DNA from: Alphaproteobacteria bacterium
Lineage (GTDB): Bacteria > Pseudomonadota > Alphaproteobacteria > RF32 > CAG-239
Assembly: GCA_045634545.1 (NCBI GenBank)
Contig: JAZRAL010000052.1
Coordinates: 16,580 to 80,579 of the forward strand
DNA length: 64,000 bases
Reading direction: 5' to 3'
Below are positions 48,509-57,884 of this stretch, in pieces; within the stretch, counting starts at the first letter, position 1, and the number at the start of each line of letters is the position of its first letter. The notes under the pieces were generated by a model, which worked only from the letters and a program-made list of their open reading frames with translations, was not told where the DNA came from and ran no database searches. Both the position numbers and the translations under genes were made by a program.

Positions 48509-49282
48509 TTAAATTTTACCTTTTCCCAAAAAACACTTCTTTACTTTAAAAATCACCGATTTTACTTTTTTATCCTTAACCGCATCAATTATCGCTTTTT
48601 GTGTTTTTTCATCTTTCGCAACCTTAAGAGCAGTAAAACCAACTTTATTTTTTATATTAACATCAGCCCCTTTTTTTATTAGCAACTTAACAATCTCTAC
48701 ATTTCCTTTTTGAGAAGCATACATTAAAGGAGTATATCCAATAGCATCTTGCTGGTTAACCTTCGCCCCATTTTTTATTAAAATCTCTACAATGTCTTTA
48801 TTCTCTTTTTTAATTGCCTTTACTAAAGGAGATATATAAATTTGTGGAAAGACAACTTGTTCATTAACCCTAACTCCATTCTTTATTAAAGTTTCCACAA
48901 CCTCCTTATGCCCATAATCTATAGCCATATTCAAAGGTGTATTAACCGCATTAGGTAACATATTTAAACGAGCCCCCTTTTCTATTAAAAACTCAACAAT
49001 GTCATTATCCCCATTTTGACACGCTAACAAAAGAGGTGTTACACCAAGCCCCGTGATAGTTGTTATATTAACATCCGCCCCGCTTGAAACTAAATACTCA
49101 ATAATTGGCAAATTCCCAACTGCAGTTGCAACCAACAATGCCGATCCATTTTTAACACTTTTAGCATTTACATCCACACCAAGCCTAATAAGCATATCAA
49201 TTTTAGCAAGCTTTATATCATTGCTCATTTCTTTATTTCTTATTATATCAAGCAACTGCAAATGCAAAATATCATCACTCAT
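48509..49282 (-). CDS. ankyrin-repeat protein
   Basis: About 6 tandem ANK repeats (G.TPL..A...G....V..L...GA.VN). Confidence 0.9.
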   Translation of the reverse strand: MSDDILHLQLLDIIRNKEMSNDIKLAKIDMLIRLGVDVNAKSVKNGSALLVATAVGNLPIIEYLVSSGADVNITTITGLGVTPLLLACQNGDNDIVEFLIEKGARLNMLPNAVNTPLNMAIDYGHKEVVETLIKNGVRVNEQVVFPQIYISPLVKAIKKENKDIVEILIKNGAKVNQQDAIGYTPLMYASQKGNVEIVKLLIKKGADVNIKNKVGFTALKVAKDEKTQKAIIDAVKDKKVKSVIFKVKKCFLGKGKI

Positions 49283-49424
49283 TCTAACACCTTTTTTAAT
49301 TAAATTGCACTAAACATATCATATTTTAACATTTGAAGCAATAAATTTTTGCCAAACCAATACCCCCCTATTTTGCATAAAAAAAGAGAGCACTAAGCCC
49401 TCTTTTAACAAACGCTATAAAAAC

Positions 49425-50282
49425 TTACGCAACCTTAAAGTTTGCCATAAGCATAGACAATACTTTATCAACAGTTCCCTTTAGGTCTTTACGTTCAACA
49501 ACAATATCAACCATACCATGCTCTTTCAAATATTCAGCAGTTTGGAAACCTTCTGGTAATTTTTCACGAATAGTCTGTTCAATAACACGCTTACCCGCAA
49601 AACCGATTAAAGAGCCACGTTCTGCAATATGAATATCACCAATCATTGCAAATGAAGCTGAAACACCACCAGTTGTAGGATCAGTAAAGATAGAAATATA
49701 AGGAAGCCCCTTCTCTTTTAGTCTATTAATAGCCGCAGTAGTTCTTGCCATCTGCATTAAAGATAGCATACCTTCCTGCATACGAGCACCACCTGATGCA
49801 CTAGCGATAATAAGAGGACAATTGTGCTCATAAGCATACTCTGCCGCAGCTACAATTCCTTCTCCTACAGCTGTCCCCATAGAACCTCCCATAAAAGAGA
49901 AATCCATAGCAGCAACAACGCTATCAATATCACTAACTTTACCCAAACCAACCTTAATGGCATCAAGCCCACCAGTTTTTTTACGATACACTTTAAGTCT
50001 ATCAGTATAACGTTGTGTATCCTTAAACCTCAAAGGGTCTTCTTTAACCTGAGGTAAAACCATCTCAGAGTAAATACCATTATCAAAAAGTTGCTTCAAA
50101 CGTTTGTCAACATAGAGTCTTAAATGATGATTACATTTTGTACATACATACAAAGACTGCTTTAATTCCTTAGAAAAAAGCATCTGACCACATTCTGGGC
50201 ATTTTACCCATAAATCATCTGCAATTTCTTTAGGAGTTGTCTTTTTTATCTTTGGTCGAACAATATCTGTAAGCCAATTCAT
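49425..50282 (-). CDS. accD: acetyl-CoA carboxylase carboxyltransferase beta subunit
   Basis: N-terminal zinc ribbon CPECGQ...CTKCNHH, and GGARMQEG. Confidence 0.95.
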   Translation of the reverse strand: MNWLTDIVRPKIKKTTPKEIADDLWVKCPECGQMLFSKELKQSLYVCTKCNHHLRLYVDKRLKQLFDNGIYSEMVLPQVKEDPLRFKDTQRYTDRLKVYRKKTGGLDAIKVGLGKVSDIDSVVAAMDFSFMGGSMGTAVGEGIVAAAEYAYEHNCPLIIASASGGARMQEGMLSLMQMARTTAAINRLKEKGLPYISIFTDPTTGGVSASFAMIGDIHIAERGSLIGFAGKRVIEQTIREKLPEGFQTAEYLKEHGMVDIVVERKDLKGTVDKVLSMLMANFKVA

Positions 50283-50303
50283 TACATACCTCGCTTATTA
50301 TTT

Positions 50304-50693
50304 TTATTCATCATTCAAGGGATGAGAAAACCATCCTTTAATTTTTTTATTTAATGAAAAACCAGAACCACCTTTACGATCCACCTCTTCTTGAAGAGAA
50401 TTAACTTGTTGATTTAATTTATCGTGCTCTTGGTTTAATTTTTCATGTTCTTTAGTTAATTGTTTATTTTCCTTTTTCTGTCTGCGAATGGTTGCTCTAA
50501 CTGGAGCATATTGAGACCATGCCACCAATCTACCACACAAATACCCCAAACAAAACAAAATAAAATAAACAATACTAACGGCAATCTTCAAATCAGGAAT
50601 AGGCCACAAAGCAACTAATTCGTTGTTTTGTACTAAAAACATAACAAATAATGTTAATAGTGGAAGTGAAATCAAAACTTTCAAAAGCCACAT
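50304..50693 (-). CDS. LapA-domain (DUF1049) inner-membrane protein with a coiled-coil tail
   Basis: Two TM segments, then KEHEKLNQEHDKLNQQVNSLQEE. Confidence 0.5.
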   Translation of the reverse strand: MWLLKVLISLPLLTLFVMFLVQNNELVALWPIPDLKIAVSIVYFILFCLGYLCGRLVAWSQYAPVRATIRRQKKENKQLTKEHEKLNQEHDKLNQQVNSLQEEVDRKGGSGFSLNKKIKGWFSHPLNDE

Positions 50694-50720
50694 ATCCGTC
50701 TCCTCTGATTAGTTAAACCT

Positions 50721-51002
50721 CTAGTTTTCGTTCAATTTTTCATGCAATTCTTTACCAACTTTGAAATGCACAATATTACGACTACCAATTTTAACTTTAG
50801 CGCCTGTTCTTGGATTTTGCGCAACTCTTGGATCTCTTTTATGAATAGAGAAAACACCAAAACCTCTAAACTCTACCCTATCACCTTTAGCCAAAGCAGC
50901 AGTTACATTTTGAAAAATGATATTAACAATTTTCTCAACTTCGCTAATCAAAAGATTAGGGTTTTTCTTTGCTACACTTTCAATTAATTCAGATCTAGTC
51001 AC
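50721..51002 (-). CDS. ihfB: integration host factor beta subunit
   Basis: RVEFRGFGVFS...RNPRTGAKV HU/IHF core. The probable start is GTG at 51002 (GAGAGG RBS) rather than the longer track ORF. Confidence 0.8.
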   Translation of the reverse strand: MTRSELIESVAKKNPNLLISEVEKIVNIIFQNVTAALAKGDRVEFRGFGVFSIHKRDPRVAQNPRTGAKVKIGSRNIVHFKVGKELHEKLNEN

Positions 51003-51087
51003 AATATACCTCTCATGAAAATATAAACTTATTAATCTCGAACTTGGTACATAACACAAAATTTATAACATAGCTATAATTTTTTGC

Positions 51088-51744
51088 TTATTTTACACAA
51101 GCATCCGCATTTCTTATATACAGTGGTTTTGGAAAATCAAGATTTTTCTCAAAATATTTTTTATATGTTGCCTCAAATAAAGCCTTTGCATTTACCAATT
51201 CTGATAACTCAACATGCTTAATTTGAAGTCCCATAGATTGAGATAACAATCTTTCCACTCCATCACCAATAAAACTAACTTGATGTCCACTAAGCTTTTC
51301 CTTAATTTCTTCACGAGTTAAAGCCAAAGGACCTGTAATTTTATTCATTTGTCCATCAAATAATTGAAAATAAAAGTCTTCTCTCTTAGTTTCAATAACA
51401 ACAGCGTTATAAAAAGCCCTATTCTTTTCGTCTAGCATTCTAGCATAAACATCAAACATAGAAACACCCGTAACCAAAAGTTTAGGACAAGAAAAAGCCA
51501 AAGCTTTCGCAAAAGAAACTCCAGCTCTAACACCTGTAAAAGAACCAGGACCAACTGCAACACCTAACAAATCAACATCTTCAAATAAGATATTTTCATT
51601 ATCAAGCACTTCTTTTACGCCAACAGCCAATTCTTCAGCTTGCCCAAATTCCATAAATTTTTCAATTTTATAACGACATTCCATATCTTTATAAAGAGCT
51701 AAAATAACTCCATTTGCCGTCGTATCAAAAACCAATGTATACAT
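51088..51744 (-). CDS. tsaB: tRNA t6A37 biosynthesis protein TsaB
   Basis: GPGSFTGVRAG motif; 218 aa. Confidence 0.8.
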   Translation of the reverse strand: MYTLVFDTTANGVILALYKDMECRYKIEKFMEFGQAEELAVGVKEVLDNENILFEDVDLLGVAVGPGSFTGVRAGVSFAKALAFSCPKLLVTGVSMFDVYARMLDEKNRAFYNAVVIETKREDFYFQLFDGQMNKITGPLALTREEIKEKLSGHQVSFIGDGVERLLSQSMGLQIKHVELSELVNAKALFEATYKKYFEKNLDFPKPLYIRNADACVK

Positions 51745-51862
51745 AACCTTGTTTACTCTTTCAAATTTTAGTTGCTAACCACTAATAAATACCTTAAGTT
51801 AGTCTATATATTAAAATAAAAAAACAAACAACCCTTATTTTTACTTTTCTGAAAGAAAATCT

Positions 51863-53485
51863 ATGACTATAGAAACAATAACAAAACTCTTATACATCTG
51901 GCTATCAATAAGCCTCATTTTTCCTGCTTTTGCATTCTTTATTATGTATAAAAACAAAAAATTAAAAAGAAGCTTGCAAAAACAAGATATGGCTAATCGC
52001 TATTATGAAGAGATGTTATATGCTTCTCAAGATGGCTACCTAACATATTCAAAATACAAGAATAAAACTTTTGAATATTGTTCAAGACGCCTTGCAACTT
52101 TCCTTAACCTAAAAAAAGGCGAAGAAAGCACCTCTCAAGAAGTTTTTTCTTTATTTTCAGAGAATTACAAAGAAAAGCTAACAAAAAACTTTAACATATT
52201 AATTACACGTGGTATGAGTTTTGAATTAATAGCAAAAACTAAAAACGATAAAATATTTAGTATTATCGGCACAAGAATAAACTCATCCGATTCTGAAATA
52301 AATAGTAATTGTCTTTGGTTTAGAGATATCACTAACTACACACAATATATTGATAAAATTAACAATGATTGCGCAAAATTTACTGAACAAATCAAAAATT
52401 ATCGCATCTTAATAGATAATCTCCCAACCCCAATTTGGTTAAGAGATGAAAACCTAAACATAACTCTACTTAATCGTCCATATTTAAAGCTATTAGGCTT
52501 AAAAAGTTTTCAAGAATTAACTTCAGAAAACAGCATCTTAAAAGATTTAGGCAACACCACAGACCTAAAAGAGCTTGCTAAAACTGCCCAAATTTCAAAC
52601 ACTATGCAAAAAAAGCAAATCAATATCTTAAATTCCGGAGATCTTAGAAAATTTGAGATAACTGAAACCCCTTATCACGATTCTTCCTTAAAAACTACAC
52701 ATATCGTTGGCTCTCTTGTTGATATAACCAATTTTGATGATGCCAAAAGAAACTACCAAATGCACCTAGATTCACATCTAGAGATACTAAGTTCACTTGA
52801 TACCGCCTTTTGCATTATAAATCCTGAGCACAAATTTATCTTTTCAAATTCTGCATTCTTAAATCTATGGAATTTACCTGAAAACTTCACAGATCAAGCC
52901 CCACACTACAACCTATTCTTAGATAAAATAAGAGAGTTAAAAACCCTACCCGAAGTTCCTGATTTCAAACTCTATAAAGAAGAAGAAAACAAGGCATTTG
53001 ATGATTTAAGAGAACCCAAAGAAGACCTGCTCTACATTCCAGATGGCAGAACCTTTAAGCGCATCCGTGCCCCACATTCAGATGGAACATTAATTGCATA
53101 CGAAGACATAACCGATGACTTAGCTATAACACGTAGCCTCAATGATTTAACCAATGTACAACAAGGAATTTTAAACAATCTTCCCGATTCGGTTATAATC
53201 TTCTCACCAAACCTAAAATTAAAAACATATAACCATGCGTTTATAAACCTATTAAAAATAGAAAACAATGACTTATCTATTGATATGAATCTAAAAGATG
53301 TAATAGATTTACACAAAAACGTCTTACCAGAACTAGAAGATTGGAAGTCATTTAGAGAAAATATGATAACCCATATCACCTCAATGAATACTTTTAACTT
53401 AAAACTAAAAAACAAAAAGAACATCACAGTAACTCCAGCAGTTCTGCCTGATACATCATTAATGATAACCTATCACAAGGAGTAA
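51863..53485 (+). CDS. membrane-anchored multi-PAS sensor protein without a recognisable transmitter domain
   Basis: One N-terminal TM segment and three PAS-core-like segments (NRPYLKLLGL, FSNSAFLNLWNL, YNHAFINLLKI). No H-box or HATPase motifs. Confidence 0.55.
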   Translation: MTIETITKLLYIWLSISLIFPAFAFFIMYKNKKLKRSLQKQDMANRYYEEMLYASQDGYLTYSKYKNKTFEYCSRRLATFLNLKKGEESTSQEVFSLFSENYKEKLTKNFNILITRGMSFELIAKTKNDKIFSIIGTRINSSDSEINSNCLWFRDITNYTQYIDKINNDCAKFTEQIKNYRILIDNLPTPIWLRDENLNITLLNRPYLKLLGLKSFQELTSENSILKDLGNTTDLKELAKTAQISNTMQKKQINILNSGDLRKFEITETPYHDSSLKTTHIVGSLVDITNFDDAKRNYQMHLDSHLEILSSLDTAFCIINPEHKFIFSNSAFLNLWNLPENFTDQAPHYNLFLDKIRELKTLPEVPDFKLYKEEENKAFDDLREPKEDLLYIPDGRTFKRIRAPHSDGTLIAYEDITDDLAITRSLNDLTNVQQGILNNLPDSVIIFSPNLKLKTYNHAFINLLKIENNDLSIDMNLKDVIDLHKNVLPELEDWKSFRENMITHITSMNTFNLKLKNKKNITVTPAVLPDTSLMITYHKE

Positions 53486-53486
53486 A

Positions 53487-53921
53487 ATGAAAGTCACACA
53501 ACATTTATCGCCCAAATGTTCAAAGACTATCCAAACCCTACAAAAAAATATCGAAAAAATCTATAATTCAGAAACGCTCACCCTCTTAGAAGAGCAAAGA
53601 GTTGCTTTAGAAGAAGAAAAAAGCCCTACTAACTTTACTAAAAAAACTTTAGAAATCATAAAAGAACAACAAGACTTAACCAAAATCACTATCAAAGACA
53701 ATGCATATCTTATTGCAAAAAAAATAGGCTTAAAAAACAACAAATCAATTGATAGAAAAATATTAAATTCAGCATTATTAAATTTAAAAAAATTAAGACG
53801 TCTAGCCATAAAAGAAAAAATAGAGCGTCCCTTAAAATTAAAAACCAAATTAACCGAAAAAGCTCTAAAAAACTTAAAAACCCTAAAAAAAATCATCAAA
53901 AAACACCTAAACACACATTAG
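53487..53921 (+). CDS. Lys-rich low-complexity ORF, coding status uncertain
   Basis: Starts 1 nt after the PAS gene stop. The antisense frame is also open, and no motif is recognisable. Confidence 0.3.
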   Translation: MKVTQHLSPKCSKTIQTLQKNIEKIYNSETLTLLEEQRVALEEEKSPTNFTKKTLEIIKEQQDLTKITIKDNAYLIAKKIGLKNNKSIDRKILNSALLNLKKLRRLAIKEKIERPLKLKTKLTEKALKNLKTLKKIIKKHLNTH

Positions 53922-53959
53922 CCATTGTTATAACTAGATTTTTTCCTCCTTTATTATTG

Positions 53960-53988
53960 TTGACAGAAACAAAAAATCATGCTATTCT
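53960..53988 (+). promoter_or_regulatory. sigma70-like promoter (TTGACA-17 nt-TATTCT)
   Basis: -35 at 53960-53965 and -10 at 53983-53988. Confidence 0.45.
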
Positions 53989-54027
53989 AGTCCCTGTGAT
54001 TTATAATAATAAAGGTAGAGGACAATT

Positions 54028-54444
54028 ATGGAAAACCAATATTATGCAGTCGTTGAAAAACAAGACTTTTTTGAAATTATAGAAAATAAATTTGGGGAAT
54101 TAGCTATTTTCATTGATGCTCGAGAAGACACCCCATCAACTCCAATCTTAGAATATAACGGTGATACAACAGCAGTACTTCACCGAGATGAAAAAAGAAT
54201 AATAAGACTAGAAGGCATAACCAAAGAAACAAGTTCTACACTAGCAGAAGCAGAAGTTGTGTTATTTGTAGAAACAAATAATGACGTTGTAGTTAGAACT
54301 TATGCAGTTCCAGTAGAAACAGTTGATGAAATTTCATTTAAAGGCCGCCAAGTAAGAGCCGATGAGTATGAACGTTACAAAAGCAAACAAGAAATCATCG
54401 AAGCATTTGGCGCTATAAACATTTGGAGCAATGGAGACAAATAA
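54028..54444 (+). CDS. hypothetical 138-aa protein occupying the slot upstream of EIIA(Man)
   Basis: ORF with a GGTAGAGG RBS. It abuts the EIIA start. Confidence 0.5.
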   Translation: MENQYYAVVEKQDFFEIIENKFGELAIFIDAREDTPSTPILEYNGDTTAVLHRDEKRIIRLEGITKETSSTLAEAEVVLFVETNNDVVVRTYAVPVETVDEISFKGRQVRADEYERYKSKQEIIEAFGAINIWSNGDK

Positions 54445-54843
54445 ATGATAGGTATAGTATTAGTAACTCATGGCAATCTAGCAGATGAATTTTTATCAGC
54501 AATGCAACACGTTGTTGGGCATCAATCACAAATAGCAACAGCATGCATTGGTCCAAATGACGATATGAATGAAAGAAGAGAAGATATTTTAGCCAAAGTA
54601 ACCGAGGTAGATACAGGCGAAGGCGTAATTGTTTTAACAGATATGTTTGGAGGCACACCTTCTAACCTTGCAATTTCAATTATGGATCAAAAAAATGTTG
54701 AAGTAATCGCAGGTATAAACTTGCCAATGCTTGTAAAACTTGCAAATCTTCGCAAAGACATGAACTTAAAAGATGCTGTACATGGCGCTAAGGATGCCGG
54801 TATTAAATACATCACTATTGCATCTGAACTATTAGGAAAATAA
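54445..54843 (+). CDS. PTS EIIA component, mannose/fructose family
   Basis: MIGIVLVTHGNLA with the conserved His, and DMFGGTP. Confidence 0.85.
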   Translation: MIGIVLVTHGNLADEFLSAMQHVVGHQSQIATACIGPNDDMNERREDILAKVTEVDTGEGVIVLTDMFGGTPSNLAISIMDQKNVEVIAGINLPMLVKLANLRKDMNLKDAVHGAKDAGIKYITIASELLGK

Positions 54844-54845
54844 AC

Positions 54846-55124
54846 ATGACAGATGCAATAAAAACCGAACTAAAAATCCAAAATCAGCGAGGCTTACATG
54901 CAAGAGCTGCCGCAAACTTTGTAAAGGCCCTAGATGGCCTAAATGCAGAGGTTGAAGTAGAACGCCTTGGTCAAACAGTCGATGGCTGTTCAATCATGGG
55001 ACTAATGATGCTCGCAGCCTCAATTGGCACTACAATTACTGTTACTGCCAAAGGAACAGATGCTAAAAAAGCTATAGACAATTTAACAAACCTTGTAAAT
55101 AACAAGTTTGGAGAAGAACAATGA
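54846..55124 (+). CDS. ptsH: HPr/NPr phosphocarrier protein
   Basis: NQRGLHARAA (His15 region) and GCSIMGLMML (Ser46 region). Confidence 0.85.
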   Translation: MTDAIKTELKIQNQRGLHARAAANFVKALDGLNAEVEVERLGQTVDGCSIMGLMMLAASIGTTITVTAKGTDAKKAIDNLTNLVNNKFGEEQ

Positions 55125-56053
55125 GTAAAAGTCCTGCTCCTCGTAATAAAACCATATTTTTATCAGATGAGGAGATAGAACTCTACTCTAGCAGAGCTAT
55201 TACGCTCGATAAAAAAGCTAAAATTAGCGACATCTTAGATAAAACAATTTTCCAAGACACATTTGAAGCCCTCCCCAAACTCCCTGCAAACTTTGCAGAT
55301 TTAGTAGTTGTCGACCCACCATATAACTTAACCAAAAAGTTCGGCACCAAAGAATTCAAATCAATGGATTGGAACGAATATAAAAAATGGATGGATAAAT
55401 GGCTAGCTGAAGTATTTATTTCATTAAAACCTAACGGAACACTATACATTTGCTCAGACTGGAACACATCAATTGCAATCCCAGAAATTGCCGGCAAATA
55501 TTTTCTATTAAAAAATCGCATCACCTGGGAACGAGAAAAAGGAAGAAGTGCCGGCAATAACTGGAAAAACTGCATAGAAGATGTATGGTTTTTCACCAAA
55601 TCACCAGAATATACCTTCAACCTTGATGCCGTAAAATTAAAAAGACCAGTTTTAGCCCCATATAAAGACGAACAAGGTCAAGCAAAAGACTGGCAAGAAG
55701 ACGAAGAAAATGATGGAAAAAAATATCGTCTAACCGCACCATCAAATTTATGGACAGACATTTCAATTCCTTTCTGGTCAATGGCAGAAAACACCCCTCA
55801 CCCAACACAAAAACCAGAAAAATTGATTGCAAAATTAATTTTAGCCTCAAGTAATGAAGGAGATGTTGTATTTGACCCATTTTTAGGTTCAGGAACAACC
55901 TCAGTTACAGCCAAAAAATTAGGAAGACACTTTGTCGGTATAGAGCGCGAAAAAGAATATGTTGCTATTGCAGAAAAACGCTTAGAAATGGCAGATGAAA
56001 ACCCGACAATTCAAGGTTATGAAAACGGAGTATTCAAGCTTCGTCACGACTAA
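55121..56053 (+). CDS. beta-class DNA methyltransferase (N6-adenine or N4-cytosine), solitary
   Basis: Motif IV VVDPPYN precedes motif I FDPFLGSGTT. ATGA overlap with ptsH. No restriction gene nearby. Confidence 0.85.
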   Translation: MSKSPAPRNKTIFLSDEEIELYSSRAITLDKKAKISDILDKTIFQDTFEALPKLPANFADLVVVDPPYNLTKKFGTKEFKSMDWNEYKKWMDKWLAEVFISLKPNGTLYICSDWNTSIAIPEIAGKYFLLKNRITWEREKGRSAGNNWKNCIEDVWFFTKSPEYTFNLDAVKLKRPVLAPYKDEQGQAKDWQEDEENDGKKYRLTAPSNLWTDISIPFWSMAENTPHPTQKPEKLIAKLILASSNEGDVVFDPFLGSGTTSVTAKKLGRHFVGIEREKEYVAIAEKRLEMADENPTIQGYENGVFKLRHD

Positions 56054-56078
56054 TCAACACTTATAACCAATAAAAAAA

Positions 56079-56106
56079 CCACCATTTCTGGTGGCTTTTA
56101 TTTTTT
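56079..56106. terminator. bidirectional terminator
   Basis: CCACCA/TGGTGG stem with flanking A- and T-runs. Confidence 0.55.
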
Positions 56107-56114
56107 GAGCCAAA

Positions 56115-56333
56115 TTATTCACTCATATATCCTTTTTTTTCTAAATCCTTATCAGTTTCAGCATGCATAAGAAGATAATAAACACCCAAGAACCCCATAA
56201 CCACACCAAAGGTTATAGTTATCTTAAAAAATGTTTCACCCGAAACAAAATCTCCCCAAACATTAAAAATAACAAATAGCCCATAAAGCCCACAAAGCAT
56301 CAAAATACAGCTTTTAAATGTTCTAAGACTCAT
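56115..56333 (-). CDS. small two-TM membrane protein
   Basis: 72-aa ORF overlapping the upstream gene by 11 nt. Confidence 0.45.
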   Translation of the reverse strand: MSLRTFKSCILMLCGLYGLFVIFNVWGDFVSGETFFKITITFGVVMGFLGVYYLLMHAETDKDLEKKGYMSE

Positions 56334-56547
56334 GTTTATCCCTTTCTAAAATAAAAATAAAAGCTTCTCTAGAAAAAAGAAGAGCGGTACGACGATTTTC
56401 ACGTTCAATTCCTTTAACACACCAACCTTCTTTAGCCTGTTCATTTAGCGCTCTTGTTAATTTAACAGGATTAACCTTTCCTCCATTAAAAAAAATAGAA
56501 GCAAACGCATTTTCTGCATACAAAAATACTTTATACTCTTTCATCAC
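56323..56547 (-). CDS. DUF4177-like small protein
   Basis: YKVF...LNEQAKEGWCVKGI pattern. Confidence 0.4.
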   Translation of the reverse strand: MMKEYKVFLYAENAFASIFFNGGKVNPVKLTRALNEQAKEGWCVKGIERENRRTALLFSREAFIFILERDKHES

Positions 56548-56638
56548 ATAGTCCTTTCCAAATATTAAGCACTAATAATTTATTCTAATCACATTAAAAA
56601 AAAGTTAAAAAAAACCACCCTCAAAGGGTGGTTTTAAT

Positions 56639-57031
56639 TCAAGAGTTACGATGCGGTCCATCAAAAACGATAACATCACCATATTTAACAGTAGGAAGCT
56701 TTGCTTCTTTCATGTGGAAATACCCCCAACACAAAAGCCCCAAAATAAGCAAACCGAATGTGCAACCAAAAGCGATATCCACACTTACATCAAGCATCTT
56801 ACAAATAATAATAGAAGCCATAAAAACTCCCACTGTTATAATAGATATTGCAACCTTCTTAGTAAAAAAGTGCGCAACATTCTTATATGCTACAAGTGTT
56901 TCCTCGTCTTTGCAAAAAACGACATCTCCGTCAACAACATCAACAACTGGCAACCCATACTCAACATGGGATTTTTTGAATTCTTGCTCGAATTCTAAAA
57001 TTTTTCTCTTTAATAACTCTTCATTTGTCAT
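56639..57031 (-). CDS. membrane protein, unknown function
   Basis: 130-aa ORF with two TM segments. The terminator ACCACCC/GGGTGGT lies at 56613-56633. Confidence 0.45.
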   Translation of the reverse strand: MTNEELLKRKILEFEQEFKKSHVEYGLPVVDVVDGDVVFCKDEETLVAYKNVAHFFTKKVAISIITVGVFMASIIICKMLDVSVDIAFGCTFGLLILGLLCWGYFHMKEAKLPTVKYGDVIVFDGPHRNS

Positions 57032-57227
57032 AATACATATCTATTTTTTTACATAATAATAAATTTTAGAAAAAAAGCGTATTATATCACCCCGTAAAAG
57101 TCAAGAATTTTATTACTTTACCATATTTCGTAATACTCAATATTAAAAAGCTTGCACATTTCATATAATTCTGATATACTAACTATATCTTTATAATATT
57201 AAAGCAAAAGAGGAGCAACTAAATACC

Positions 57228-57806
57228 ATGGACAAACTACTATCTAAAATAAGAGAAAAACTTAGTCTAAAAAAAACACTACCTGCACTTACTTTAAGCT
57301 TATTGTCCTCTTGCTCACCATCTCAAGAATCAATTCAAAAAATGATTGATGATGTCCCTCAAAAACAACAACATTCTCTAGTTATAAACTATGATAAATC
57401 ACTATTACATAACATAGACAGTTTAGCTAATTCTGGTCACACACTTGAAGATGCTATTGAAAAAAGTCACGATATCACTTGGGATAAAGCCTTAAAAAGT
57501 ATGCCCAAAAAAATATCAGAATGGACTGGTGAAAACTGGATTATTAAATCAGAAGCCCAAAAACAATTGGAAGCATCTCGACAAACAAAAACTAGAATGG
57601 TTATGAGACCAATGCCCCAAAGAATTGGAAACGTAACAAGTTATCGTCTAACACCAATGCCTGAAGCTTATCACATATATCAACCAGAATATAGAGACCA
57701 ACTAGAAAACGAAATAAAAACCAAAGAAACCTCATTAGAAAAAAATAAAACCAATCTCAAGCTAGATATTGCTAGCCTAAAAGAAATGCAACAGCAAAAC
57801 TATTAA
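57228..57806 (+). CDS. lipoprotein, unknown function
   Basis: Lipobox LLSSC. Promoter-like TTGCAC-17 nt-TATACT at 57152-57180. Terminator hairpin at 57815-57838. Confidence 0.6.
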   Translation: MDKLLSKIREKLSLKKTLPALTLSLLSSCSPSQESIQKMIDDVPQKQQHSLVINYDKSLLHNIDSLANSGHTLEDAIEKSHDITWDKALKSMPKKISEWTGENWIIKSEAQKQLEASRQTKTRMVMRPMPQRIGNVTSYRLTPMPEAYHIYQPEYRDQLENEIKTKETSLEKNKTNLKLDIASLKEMQQQNY

Positions 57807-57875
57807 AAACACTAAAACCCTAGATTTCTCTAGGGTTTGAAGCTGGTGCCGATTGGGAGATTCGAACTCCCGACC
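57767..57875. repeat. 109-bp perfect direct repeat, copy 1 (gene 3' end, terminator and tRNA acceptor/T-arm)
   Basis: Identical to 59206-59314. Confidence 0.95.
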
Positions 57876-57884
57876 TGCGCATTA
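57844..57884 (-). tRNA. truncated tRNA, 3' half only (anticodon position reads GGT, Thr-like); not a functional gene
   Basis: The minus strand reads GGTAA-TGCGC-AGGTC-GGGAG-TTCGAAT-CTCCC-AATCGGC-A-CCA. No complementary 5' acceptor strand or D-arm lies upstream. Confidence 0.6.

Noticed and set aside
53561-53914. 117-aa minus-strand ORF antisense to the Lys-rich ORF; similarly 30031..30348 antisense to 30024..30335
   Set aside because: These are mirror-image open frames produced by AAA/GAA-rich low-complexity sequence. They have no RBS or motifs. The sense Lys-rich ORF at 53487 is itself only weakly supported.
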